DNA of 64,000 nt from a phage: the NCBI GenBank assembly GCA_026066175.1, contig GCA_026066175.1_4721.1. One strand, given 5' to 3'. Shown in pieces: positions 49,201-57,968 of the stretch (position 1 is its first letter; each line of letters opens with the position of its first letter). Position numbers and translations under genes: made by a program. The notes under the pieces were generated by a model. That model searched no databases. It worked only from the letters and a program-made list of their open reading frames with translations, and was not told the origin of the DNA.

Positions 49201-49423
49201 CAAGATCATCCGCGAATGATATCCAAAGCTGGGCGCTTTCTTTGCTCAGCATGTATTCGTTTTCAGGAGGACCGATTAACGAAGGATCGGTTGCTGTATA
49301 ATGATAAACCGCATAACGCGGCAGCTGCAAAAGCTGCACCAAACGCAATCTAGGTGATAATAACTCTTGATAACGTCGTACACCGAATTGTCTGTAGTAA
49401 TCAAGGTATTTAAGTTTTGCCAT
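46214..49423 (-). CDS. RNAP beta subunit, N-terminal segment (virion-RNAP-like set); last ~20 codons may be intronic read-through
   Basis: 1069 aa. C-terminal TGIGGRSKTSLRRARDREYD...EGTKDSGDVGISAYLAPNANIVSVYGETKPY matches beta LGPGGLTRERAGFEVRDVH...[30 protein letters not shown]. Start is translationally coupled to the upstream beta-prime gene. Confidence 0.6.
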   Translation of the reverse strand: MAKLKYLDYYRQFGVRRYQELLSPRLRLVQLLQLPRYAVYHYTATDPSLIGPPENEYMLSKESAQLWISFADDLATKQGAPRRDQRFQLPRAKLDYRASHRRFRLVTDLSKVEKNINAQIVANYAHLNHMYIYRPTLTRWYDEWFNVRKTIWTQANEIAQQSDRQQFLLFRIPSTLPKISLMRTTQQAPTRNNLMNFATSEELSFFDFFRWLGVDRENSTMVSLDRASLDKLNVVFTDGVYFFTLNLGLMEEWRSGLAKEGEELDKTTLETFQRRWMMAVTRLWSQSANEEEQKQEEEQVLRQERDILADSPDAEYDERDVVLPNGEDLDTVLDPDELESELIGGSDEDDDAEAWNAVVERAFEDVREVPGVEVQPDFQPDEDQDITDDLFEVVNDDMPEEKVDVFDAATLPKTHGEYIQSLSDAVLVRASDLADAGQLSGVQYKAAMRNADAIHEIEAPDGSGLTLAEYVEVKPKAAKLAPEKVMPEADVIVDKSLCKSTLAVWDKHYVEHVMQKDIAAAVVAVQQAGYPVTGYKVEDVVDVMGDYQVITIKLAPVGGVPTTFPVMLPKVRKDGIYVVNGIKYRMRKQRVDKPIRKVSSSEVALSTAYGKVFVKRSERVVNNAGRWLTRQLTAMYYDKTSPLTTLKRGNVFDPSVKVPYYFAVLARNYTQIQFADWDIRLDIKTLPEHIGEDLFTEQLAGGFLTFAKNTNGEFLAVDGQNQLYVYEPNQTPTPVGTFPDFFGINAAKMPIEAADLEFMGVRIPVGVVLSYLGGLTPLLEHLKANYRTVPRGSRMGLASDEFAVSFDDESLIFSKDDRMTTLLLGGFNEYRNYIGYARGAFDNRDIYFNVVDGAGLKVRHLRELELMERLFVDPVSRTLLQNMGEPTDFAMLLLRAVELLLDDWAPNTNDVNYQRFKTYDKFAELVYKDLVGAIRQNENSSQGNRQKISISPVSVWNQILDDSASIVIDETNPMLDIKQGEEATMTGIGGRSKTSLRRARDREYDKSDIGVVSEGTKDSGDVGISAYLAPNANIVSVYGETKPYDEKTDGSSSIMSTSALAVPAADRDD

Positions 49424-49426
49424 GAG

Positions 49427-51106
49427 TTAGGCTCCACGAGGTCCCGTTAAGTTGCGTAATAGGAACGCAACCGTATCGTAACCAATATCAATGTTGAATT
49501 TATTTTTACCGCTTACCCAGAAAGCACGCTTCTTGTGCGAGTTGGTAATTTCGTCGATGGCTTCCATGGAATAAAGAACGTTAACAGAGACCGTATCACC
49601 GTCGAAATCGGCCCCGAGCCCGGCGAGAAACACTTGGCCGACTTGGGTCGTTTCTACGAACGATGCTTTTAATGACCAATCTGGGTATTCCCACGCCATA
49701 TAACGATAGCCTTCCATCGGTTGCCAGCTATCGTCGAGTTCTATTCTCGGTTTTGTATTAACCGTCGTTCTCACATAGCAAGTTAACGGTATAACTGACT
49801 GCATCCCGGATACCGGATAACGTGTAACCATCGCACCGAGTTTATTCCAAAGATGGTAACCACTCAGATAAATCAACTCGCAATAGGTAATTGGGTGAAC
49901 ATTCGCACCAGGTTTGTTAAGCATCTCTGGTGGTAATTCACTCATACCACGGAACAGCCGGAATGAGTTGTTGTTCACATAGACCAAACAGAGATAGCGA
50001 CCATTCACCATGATAGGTTCGTTACGTACACCAGGATCGCTTAGGGTGTTTAATAAACGTTCGATGCCGTCCCAGGTTGTAAAGTCATCGATGGTATCTG
50101 GGTCTAGCGTGACACGTTCACGTTCCATCGTTTCGGTATCGATAAGCTCAGCTTCAGTAACATCGCGAACAAAGATTTCTTGTAATATCCCTGTACGTAA
50201 CGCATGTTGCGTTATCGGAAGGGCTGCTTTGCTCATCTGGTATAGGCCGAGCTGTACAGACGTACACGATGTTTGGTTTGGAGAGCCAAGAACTTCGGTC
50301 GTTGGAATAACTGCTGAAATAACGTTACGGGTTGAGTTCCAAACACGACGTGAACCGAACTTACCTTGGAAGATCCCTTTCTTACCCTGGAACATATCCA
50401 ACAGCAATGCGTAGATATCATTGAAGGTTCTTTGCAGGCTCCAGCGCTGTCCGTCGTAGACAGGATCGTTGTAGTCCTTTAACCCATCGGGAACGGTATT
50501 GGAGATAGCAAGGAAACGACGATAAAGCTCCGTGATTTCTTGTTCGCTTTCATACCCGCCTTCTTTTACTTCTATTTCACGAAGACCAGCAGGTAACACC
50601 AATAAATGACGGGTCATCGCTTTGAACATGTTTTCTTCGACAACTTTAATACGCAGTTCTCGTTGCGCTGAACCTGTTGAAACGAACATGATCTCCGCAA
50701 CGTGTTGTGCGAAGAAACCGTAGCCGGTTTGTCCCGTTAACGCATCAGCGGCAACGAAATCACGTTGTTCTGGATCCCATCGCGCATAAGCTTTACCGGA
50801 CATGATATCGCCATAAAGGTGTTTCAATCGAATAAGGCGATCGTAAATGACCGGATGCAAGATTTCCACTTTACACTCGATGACCGCAAAGCGGCGATCA
50901 CGATCTTCGCTTCCCGCGCTCCCAAAAATGGTGTACGAATAAAAACCATCGTCATGGAAATTACCCGTGCTCGGGTCGCGGATACTCATGCTGGTAATCT
51001 TAGGAAGGAAACGCAACTGCTGCTTATCAAGATGCAGTATACTGATATTGAACGGCTCTCTGACTTTAGCCATGGATGCACTCCTTAAATAAGGCGGCGG
51101 TATCAT
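49427..51106 (-). CDS. RNAP beta-prime N-terminal fragment with catalytic DFDGD motif (virion-RNAP-like set)
   Basis: 559 aa. FQGKKGIFQGKFGSRRVWNSTRNVISAVIP (beta-prime lid/rudder region) and LAGLGADFDGDTVSVNVLYSMEA (NADFDGD Mg-binding motif). My line count puts the start ATG 1 nt off the tracked coordinate; tracked coordinates are used. Confidence 0.8.
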   Translation of the reverse strand: MIPPPYLRSASMAKVREPFNISILHLDKQQLRFLPKITSMSIRDPSTGNFHDDGFYSYTIFGSAGSEDRDRRFAVIECKVEILHPVIYDRLIRLKHLYGDIMSGKAYARWDPEQRDFVAADALTGQTGYGFFAQHVAEIMFVSTGSAQRELRIKVVEENMFKAMTRHLLVLPAGLREIEVKEGGYESEQEITELYRRFLAISNTVPDGLKDYNDPVYDGQRWSLQRTFNDIYALLLDMFQGKKGIFQGKFGSRRVWNSTRNVISAVIPTTEVLGSPNQTSCTSVQLGLYQMSKAALPITQHALRTGILQEIFVRDVTEAELIDTETMERERVTLDPDTIDDFTTWDGIERLLNTLSDPGVRNEPIMVNGRYLCLVYVNNNSFRLFRGMSELPPEMLNKPGANVHPITYCELIYLSGYHLWNKLGAMVTRYPVSGMQSVIPLTCYVRTTVNTKPRIELDDSWQPMEGYRYMAWEYPDWSLKASFVETTQVGQVFLAGLGADFDGDTVSVNVLYSMEAIDEITNSHKKRAFWVSGKNKFNIDIGYDTVAFLLRNLTGPRGA

Positions 51107-51246
51107 CTGAACACATGAGAGACGTAATGGGTGAAGCCATCACCCATCGCTTCCCTGCTTGATGCGAGGAAGGTATTAAATTACGTACCTGTTCGACAGC
51201 ATCGAACAGGCGATGTATGAAGCTATGCTTCAATTTGGAGGTATAC

Positions 51247-54200
51247 ATGGTAGATAAAACCCGTGTTGAGGGTGATGATAATTGGGATAACTGGGATGAT
51301 GACTTCTCCCTGGATCTCGATTTTAACGAACCCAAAGACGATCGTAAACCGATAACACGCTTTGCGGTAGGCGCGGTTAAAGGTGCTGCTGAGGATCTTA
51401 CTTCCTACGAAAGAATGAAGGAGATCGCCAGAAACGCATTACCTAAGGGTTATAGCGACGGTATGGATCTTATCGATTCCGCCGTCGGATCCACGAAGGA
51501 ACTATACAATGAAGCCGTTCGTGACATTCTTCCGAAGGTACAAAGCTCAAAACGGTTAGCCGCACAACTGACGAAAAAATACCGTGCGAGCATGCCCGAT
51601 TTCTCGAAGAAAATCATCGAGCGTTGGGAGCAGGAAGCCAAGGAAGAAGACGAACGTAAGCAGGCGGAAGCCGATCTCAAACAACGCATGGCGAATGCAG
51701 GTGATGAAGAAATCGCTCGCAAGGTCGCTGAAGCGTTAGGCGAAGCGGCTAACCAGAACGCGGATCAGTTTGCGGAACAACAAGCAAAAGAAAGTATCCG
51801 TGACGATATTGCTGATAAACGTTATAATGTCACCAACAAACAGATGAGCGCGATGCAGGAAGGCATCGCCAAGATGGTTGGTTTCAATAACGAATTCGCC
51901 GCACGCTATATGCGTAAAAGCCTGGAACTGAAATACCGTTCTTTGGCGATACAACGCGCGAGTTTCGATCAGCATAAAAAGTTAGCCGAAGTCTATATCG
52001 GTTTATTACAGAACATCCAAAAGAACACAGCTTTACCGGATGCGGCTAAAGCAAAAATGTCGGAAGAATTTCGTCGTACGGCGTACCAACGTTTCTTTGG
52101 TAACGCATTGAATGCGATGAGTTCTTTCGAGAACCGTTTCTTTGCTGATGTTAAGAAAAACCTTGCAACCAATGCACTGGGTGCGTTAAAAGGTGTTGCG
52201 TCTGGTGCGCACGACGCCCTCTCTGGTTTAAACGAAGCACGTGACTCGATGTCCATGATGGACGGCATGGGGTCAGAAGGCGATATTAAGGAAATGCAAG
52301 GGAAGATGTTGGGTCAGTTAATCGGCTCAACCGTTGCACCATGGATGGCTAATAAAGGCATGACGGCATTGCGGGATTTAGCAAAACGCCATCCTAACGC
52401 TAAATTCGCCAACGCGTTAAAAGCGGTCGATCAAGGCGGTGAAGCTGCCGCTTATACAACGCGTAACGTCGGGAAACTGCTGCAAGAAGATATTCGTAAA
52501 AACGAATTCAACCTCAGCGATCCTTTCTACAAACAGTTCCTCCGTGGAGCTGGACGTTGGGCCTTCAATCTGGACGGCGGTCGTAACTTCCGTGTAATGA
52601 ACGACACCGCAGAGACATTAGCCGAACAAACGTCTTTCGATGGTTTAACCTATCGTAGCATCAACGAGGTCATTCCTGGATTTCTTGCTCGGATACTGAA
52701 AAGCACTGAAGGTATCCGTACCGGTGAAAGCGATCCTGATTACGAGGTCTATGATGGCATCAGTGGGCAATTCGTTGCTCAGCGTACCCGCGAGCAAGGC
52801 GTAACCGACACGCTCTTTAACAAACGCTCGTTCGGTTATTACGCCGGTCGTTTTAATGAAGTTATCTCGGTTATCGATCCTGATAAACAGCTGTCAGAAA
52901 AGGCAAGGAAAGCCTTGGCTAAACAGCTGGCACGCGACAGCGATGCGAACATGGCTTTCGATCCTGCTCGATATACCGACGAAAGTAACTTTGATCGCAG
53001 CATCGATAGAGACGCCATTAAAGAACTTTCTGCGTATTTCAAAGATCGTTACGGTATTCGTGATGATGTTGATGATGAAGGTAACCGTCAGCAGGTTATT
53101 GAAAACCGTGGGCAGTACTACACGGAACGTAACCGCGCTGACCTGCGGTACGGTAATCTGAAATCATTACAGCCGGATATCCAACGCAACCTTAACCTTC
53201 TGAAGCGTACCGGTGATATTCAATACCTGGAACGTATCGGGATCGTAACAAGAAACAGCGATGGCAGTTATTCGGTTAATCACGATCGTTACTTCTCTGA
53301 AATCGATCGATACATCGACCGACCGGAATATGCTGACCGCGGCGATGTTAACACGCGACTCAGTGCCCAACAGACCAGGGCGTTAGCGTTAGGCTATCGT
53401 GATGACGTTGCATCAAACACTGACGTACAAAATCGTGCGTTACCAAACCTTGATCGAACAACGGTCGGGACGGTAAACATCGATGAGAACATCGGGTACG
53501 AGAAATGGTGGAACGACGCGGGTGTTATCACCACATCGCTTGAAGACCAAAATCGCGCATGGCAAGAACTCTATCTTGAAGCGCTTCAGGAAGCTTCACA
53601 TCAGCGTGAAACAATGCTGGAACTTCTGAAAGCGATCTCAGAAAAAGAATGGGGTGGTAACGGCATTGGACTCCAGGGCGAACCTGGCGGGGAAGAAAGT
53701 GATGATCGCTCTATGTTAAGTCGGATCTCCGACTTAACACTGGGTAAAGCCGGTAGCTATGCCTGGAAAGGTGCGAAAGGGGCTACCAAGTTCGGATGGA
53801 AATGGGGTCGAAAAGCGGCAACATGGGGCGCGAAACGTACATGGGGAAGCTTCGTAAACTCAGCGCGTCGAATTATCAACTTCAACCGTTTTGTGTTTGG
53901 CGCATTATCTAAGGTCGATCAAGTTCCGTTTGACATTTACGTTAAAGGTGAAGATCGTCCACGTATCTTAGCTGCGAAACTTCGTCAAGGTCTTTATTTC
54001 GATGAAGCCACCGGCAAAGCCGTCAAACGGATGAAGGATATTAAAGGTCCGTTAGTTGATGCTGATGGCAATATCGTCATCAGCGCTGAAGATATCGAGA
54101 AGGGCTTGATTACGCGTGCTGGACGCGCCTTCGAAAACTCCGGTTTGAAAGCATGGGCACGTGAAGGTATTAACGGTATCACCACGGTCTTAAGTTTACC

Positions 54201-57200
54201 AAGACTTTTAAAGCGTGGTGCTACGGAGCTGTACAAGCATTTCGATAAAACACCTGATGTATACGTGGCCGGTGAATCCACCCCACGTTTGCTTTCTCTG
54301 GTGATGGCAGCTGGCGGTTATTTCCGTAAGTCCGATGGGAAAGTCATCAAGCATCTGGAAGACATCGACGGTGATGTGGTTGACGCACAAGGAAACGTCA
54401 TCCTGACCCACGCTGATATGCAGAAAGGGTTGGTCGATAAATACGGTAAGAAGATACGTCGCCTGAAAGAAAAGCTGATCAACTTCGGTGTGAAAGCTTT
54501 CACCTTACCGTTAACCTTATTGCGTAAGACAAAAGACATCCTGAAGAATCTCCCCACGAAAGCCATGAACGGGTTGCGTCGTATGGGCCTGAACTTCCGT
54601 TTACCGGAAGAGGTGCTTATCGGTACAACCGCAGGCATGGTGGATCGTCTTGACGCTATTTATCAGCTTCTTGATAAACGCATGCCGGGTGGAGATAAGG
54701 ATTATCGTGATTGGAACGGTGACGGTGTCCGTGAAGGATCGCTTGAAGATCTGAAACGTAAACGCGCTGAGAAAGAAGGAGAAAAAGGAGAAGGTACAGG
54801 TAAAGGATCCGGGAAAGGAGAAGAGAAGGAGAAGAAAAAAGGAATTCTTGGGAGCCTTTTCGACATGCTTGGTGACACCGCACTTGGTAAACGTTTAATG
54901 GCGAGTCCGCTTGGAAAGATTCTGGGTGGCCTTGGATCCATTCTCAGTGGTGGTGCATCATTAACGGGGTTACTCGGGAAAGGTTTGCTTAAAGGCTCAG
55001 GCGCACTCCTCAGAGGGGGTTTAAGTGCTGCGGGTTGGTTAGGGCGCGGTGCTCTGATGGCGGGCGGTGCTGCGCTTAATGCGGTAGGAGGATTATCCGG
55101 GCTTGGTGCTGCGCTTATCTCCCCGGTTGGGTTAGCGATTGCCGGTGGGGCATTAGCGGTATACGTAGGCTGGAAGATCTATCAGCATTATGCTGAGAAA
55201 CCTGACCCGATGCAGAAGCTTCGTCTTATTGCATACGGTGCAAAAGGGGATGACAAGGACTTCAACAAGAAGTTATTACAAACTGAAACCTACCTTACCG
55301 ACCATGTGGTCATGACGGGAGATACCATCGGATTCAATCCAAAAGCGGATTCTGAAAAGATTCTTGAAATCTGGGAACTGTCATTGGAAGATACCGACCG
55401 GATGAATGAATGGAAGCGCTGGTATCTGCATCGCTTTATCCCCGTTTTCGCTCGTGCGTATAAGCTCTGGAAAGAGCATATGCCGGACGAGAAGAAGTAC
55501 ATGGAGATGGACGACTACCCCAACGGTGAGAACAAGGTCAAATGGTCGGAAGCCTTCATCTGGCCATCGGACAGTCCAGACAGCCCGTACTATGTTGAAG
55601 CTAACCCGTTAGGTTCGGCTGGCGCAACGTTATACATCGCAGGGCAAGATGTTAAAAAGCTCATGGAGAGCCAACTGGAAGTCATCAGGAAAGAATATCA
55701 AAACCAGATCAAGAAATACACGCACGATGAAGCGATTAAAGACTGGTCGAAGATGTCTGACGCTCAGCGTAAATCTGTTGCACCTAACGCGTTACGTGGT
55801 CAGAAAGCCTCTTTACGTTTCAACGACAAACGTTATAACAGTGCGGGTGTTAAAGGTCGTCAGAAACTGGACGCTACCGCGGTTGTTGAAAGCGTGGATC
55901 GTCGCGGTAAGAAATGGATGGCCGGTGGGTATATTGATGAACTTACCAGTTTGCGTATCCGTGCGTATGGGTTAGAGGTTCCGCTGTTAAGCCAAATCAA
56001 GGTATTGATGGAACTGGAAGACGCGGTTGAACCTGGCGTTGTTGCTGAAGGTAAAGGCGTCAAATACGGCGGTAATCTCGCGGAGCTGTATAAGAAGTTC
56101 GCGTCTAAGTTCGGTCGGGATGTCAACGGCAAACAAGACCAGAACATCTGGTTCGCCTGGATGAACAACCGTTTCTTGCCGGTCTTCTTAACGTACTATC
56201 AGCAAGTTGGCGAGATGGGCGGACAAGGGCTGTTATCAGATGTTGTACAGAATCTGAAAGACAGCCAGCGTTGGGAAATCGGTGAGGCGTTGGTTGCTGC
56301 GCAATACAAGGATGAGAAGGGTGCGCTACAGCCGGTATGGTCGTGGAACAGTTGTGGTTTCTCTGGCACCAAAGCAAACATGTCCAGCAGTTCAACCAAG
56401 AGCCAACTCGATCTGTTAAAAGAATACGCAGATAAAGAGAAGGTTCGTGAGAAGAACGCTGAAGCATCGCAGGAGGATGAAGATAAATTATCGAAAATCC
56501 AAGAGCAGTTGATGAAGCAAGCGGGATATGAGAAGAAGGACGGTGTTTGGCAGAAGAAATCACGTATCACGGGTGGGATGAGCAACGCGGAGGCGAACTA
56601 CAATCCGAACCGTAACGAGGTTGGCAGAAGTAGCTTTACTGCTTCAGCAACCTCCAGCGCAGGTTTGGGTAGTGGTGGACCGGATATCACCGGGTTACCG
56701 AACATGGGACTGAAGAAACCCGCATCAGGTCCTGGTCCAGAAGCGGGTCGTCGTGCGGCAATTAAATCAGCGGTGAAGCACGGTATTACCGATCCGATGG
56801 AAATGGCGATGTTCTTATCGAACCTCGAACATGAATCCGGTAACTACAGGTATGTCCGCGAACTTAACTACACAAAACCCGAAAGTCTGAAGAAAGCGTT
56901 CAACCGGAAATTCAGGGATGAACAAGACGCTGCGCAGACCATCAGCATGGGTCCAGAGGCTGTATTCGAACGTGTTTATGGCATGCGTAAGGACCTGGGA
57001 AATACCCAGAAAGGTGACGGAGCGAAATATCTGGGGCGTAGTTATATCCAGGTTACAGGCAAAGCCAACTACGCACGATTGTCGAAGATCCTGAATAAAG
57101 ATCTGGTTAGCGATCCATCGTATTTGGAAACCCCAGAAGGTGCAGCCGAAGGGAGTGTTGCATGGTGGCTTAACAGGGGTAACGTATTACGTGATCCTGC

Positions 57201-57918
57201 AAAGCGTGGCGATGTGCGCCAGGTTCGTTATCTGGTTAACGGAGGATATAATGGGCTACGCGATGTTGAGCAACGTTCAGCGTATTGGATTCAAGCTGCT
57301 AAAAGCGGCACGTTGAAGAAAATGATGGATGAGGTTGCGGGTGCAACCTCGGACGATCAAGCTGAAGGTCCGTCTACCGCCAGCCAAGTGAAGAACGAGG
57401 AGGCGCAAGAAACCAACAGCACGCCAACGTCAAGCAACGATCCGCAAGCACCGACGGCGACCACGACGCCTGAAGTCAAACCATCAGCGGCCTCCGGCAC
57501 TGCACCCGCACCCGGAACGGCAACACCGACACCAGGAAGTTTCGATACCGCAAAAGCTGCTGCTGGACAACCAGCATCAACACCAGCACCTAGCGATTTA
57601 CCGTCAAACCCTGGTGCAAATCGAGGAATTTCAGTTCCAAATACACCCGCGCAGGTTGCGCAGTCCGCAACACAAACATCGGCAGCAAGTGAAAACTTCT
57701 ACGGTAGTGCAGGTGAGATTCTTCGTCAGCAGTTGACCGTGCAACAAAACATCGAGAAGAACACCGGTAAGACCAACGAACTTATCTCAGAATTGATCCA
57801 GGCTGTTAAAGGGTCAACGATCGGTAAAGGTTCGACAGGATCTTCTCAACAACAGACGATGTCGCTACCTAATCGTCCGCAAGGGATCTCTCCAACACGG
57901 ACAAGGTACGCGCAGTAG
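51247..57918 (+). CDS. giant virion-associated protein with C-terminal GH19-type lysozyme domain (phiKZ gp181-like structural lysin)
   Basis: Start at the second ATG (TTTGGAGG SD); about 2223 aa. Lysozyme signatures FLSNLEHESGNY (catalytic Glu context) and LGRSYIQVTGKANY (GH19 signature 2-like) at about 56760-57200. Gly/Ala/Leu-rich hydrophobic segment at about 54840-55190. Two tandem ~108-aa internal repeats at about 53940-54450. Ser/Thr/Pro/Ala-rich C-terminal tail. Confidence 0.7.
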   Translation: MVDKTRVEGDDNWDNWDDDFSLDLDFNEPKDDRKPITRFAVGAVKGAAEDLTSYERMKEIARNALPKGYSDGMDLIDSAVGSTKELYNEAVRDILPKVQSSKRLAAQLTKKYRASMPDFSKKIIERWEQEAKEEDERKQAEADLKQRMANAGDEEIARKVAEALGEAANQNADQFAEQQAKESIRDDIADKRYNVTNKQMSAMQEGIAKMVGFNNEFAARYMRKSLELKYRSLAIQRASFDQHKKLAEVYIGLLQNIQKNTALPDAAKAKMSEEFRRTAYQRFFGNALNAMSSFENRFFADVKKNLATNALGALKGVASGAHDALSGLNEARDSMSMMDGMGSEGDIKEMQGKMLGQLIGSTVAPWMANKGMTALRDLAKRHPNAKFANALKAVDQGGEAAAYTTRNVGKLLQEDIRKNEFNLSDPFYKQFLRGAGRWAFNLDGGRNFRVMNDTAETLAEQTSFDGLTYRSINEVIPGFLARILKSTEGIRTGESDPDYEVYDGISGQFVAQRTREQGVTDTLFNKRSFGYYAGRFNEVISVIDPDKQLSEKARKALAKQLARDSDANMAFDPARYTDESNFDRSIDRDAIKELSAYFKDRYGIRDDVDDEGNRQQVIENRGQYYTERNRADLRYGNLKSLQPDIQRNLNLLKRTGDIQYLERIGIVTRNSDGSYSVNHDRYFSEIDRYIDRPEYADRGDVNTRLSAQQTRALALGYRDDVASNTDVQNRALPNLDRTTVGTVNIDENIGYEKWWNDAGVITTSLEDQNRAWQELYLEALQEASHQRETMLELLKAISEKEWGGNGIGLQGEPGGEESDDRSMLSRISDLTLGKAGSYAWKGAKGATKFGWKWGRKAATWGAKRTWGSFVNSARRIINFNRFVFGALSKVDQVPFDIYVKGEDRPRILAAKLRQGLYFDEATGKAVKRMKDIKGPLVDADGNIVISAEDIEKGLITRAGRAFENSGLKAWAREGINGITTVLSLPRLLKRGATELYKHFDKTPDVYVAGESTPRLLSLVMAAGGYFRKSDGKVIKHLEDIDGDVVDAQGNVILTHADMQKGLVDKYGKKIRRLKEKLINFGVKAFTLPLTLLRKTKDILKNLPTKAMNGLRRMGLNFRLPEEVLIGTTAGMVDRLDAIYQLLDKRMPGGDKDYRDWNGDGVREGSLEDLKRKRAEKEGEKGEGTGKGSGKGEEKEKKKGILGSLFDMLGDTALGKRLMASPLGKILGGLGSILSGGASLTGLLGKGLLKGSGALLRGGLSAAGWLGRGALMAGGAALNAVGGLSGLGAALISPVGLAIAGGALAVYVGWKIYQHYAEKPDPMQKLRLIAYGAKGDDKDFNKKLLQTETYLTDHVVMTGDTIGFNPKADSEKILEIWELSLEDTDRMNEWKRWYLHRFIPVFARAYKLWKEHMPDEKKYMEMDDYPNGENKVKWSEAFIWPSDSPDSPYYVEANPLGSAGATLYIAGQDVKKLMESQLEVIRKEYQNQIKKYTHDEAIKDWSKMSDAQRKSVAPNALRGQKASLRFNDKRYNSAGVKGRQKLDATAVVESVDRRGKKWMAGGYIDELTSLRIRAYGLEVPLLSQIKVLMELEDAVEPGVVAEGKGVKYGGNLAELYKKFASKFGRDVNGKQDQNIWFAWMNNRFLPVFLTYYQQVGEMGGQGLLSDVVQNLKDSQRWEIGEALVAAQYKDEKGALQPVWSWNSCGFSGTKANMSSSSTKSQLDLLKEYADKEKVREKNAEASQEDEDKLSKIQEQLMKQAGYEKKDGVWQKKSRITGGMSNAEANYNPNRNEVGRSSFTASATSSAGLGSGGPDITGLPNMGLKKPASGPGPEAGRRAAIKSAVKHGITDPMEMAMFLSNLEHESGNYRYVRELNYTKPESLKKAFNRKFRDEQDAAQTISMGPEAVFERVYGMRKDLGNTQKGDGAKYLGRSYIQVTGKANYARLSKILNKDLVSDPSYLETPEGAAEGSVAWWLNRGNVLRDPAKRGDVRQVRYLVNGGYNGLRDVEQRSAYWIQAAKSGTLKKMMDEVAGATSDDQAEGPSTASQVKNEEAQETNSTPTSSNDPQAPTATTTPEVKPSAASGTAPAPGTATPTPGSFDTAKAAAGQPASTPAPSDLPSNPGANRGISVPNTPAQVAQSATQTSAASENFYGSAGEILRQQLTVQQNIEKNTGKTNELISELIQAVKGSTIGKGSTGSSQQQTMSLPNRPQGISPTRTRYAQ

Positions 57919-57924
57919 TCATTA

Positions 57925-57947
57925 GTTCGGGGTGGGGAATCCCCACC
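57925..57947 (+). terminator. hairpin after the giant gene (terminator/attenuator)
   Basis: 9-bp stem GGGGTGGGG / CCCCACCCC with loop AAT; only a short T-tract follows, then the SD of the next gene. Confidence 0.35.
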
Positions 57948-57968
57948 CCCCTTCTTGAGGAATGGTAC

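Noticed and set aside
54656-56585. Several 75-146-aa minus-strand ORFs inside the giant gene
   Set aside because: Antisense to a motif-supported 2233-aa CDS; low-complexity translations that mirror the Gly/Lys/Glu-rich sense sequence.
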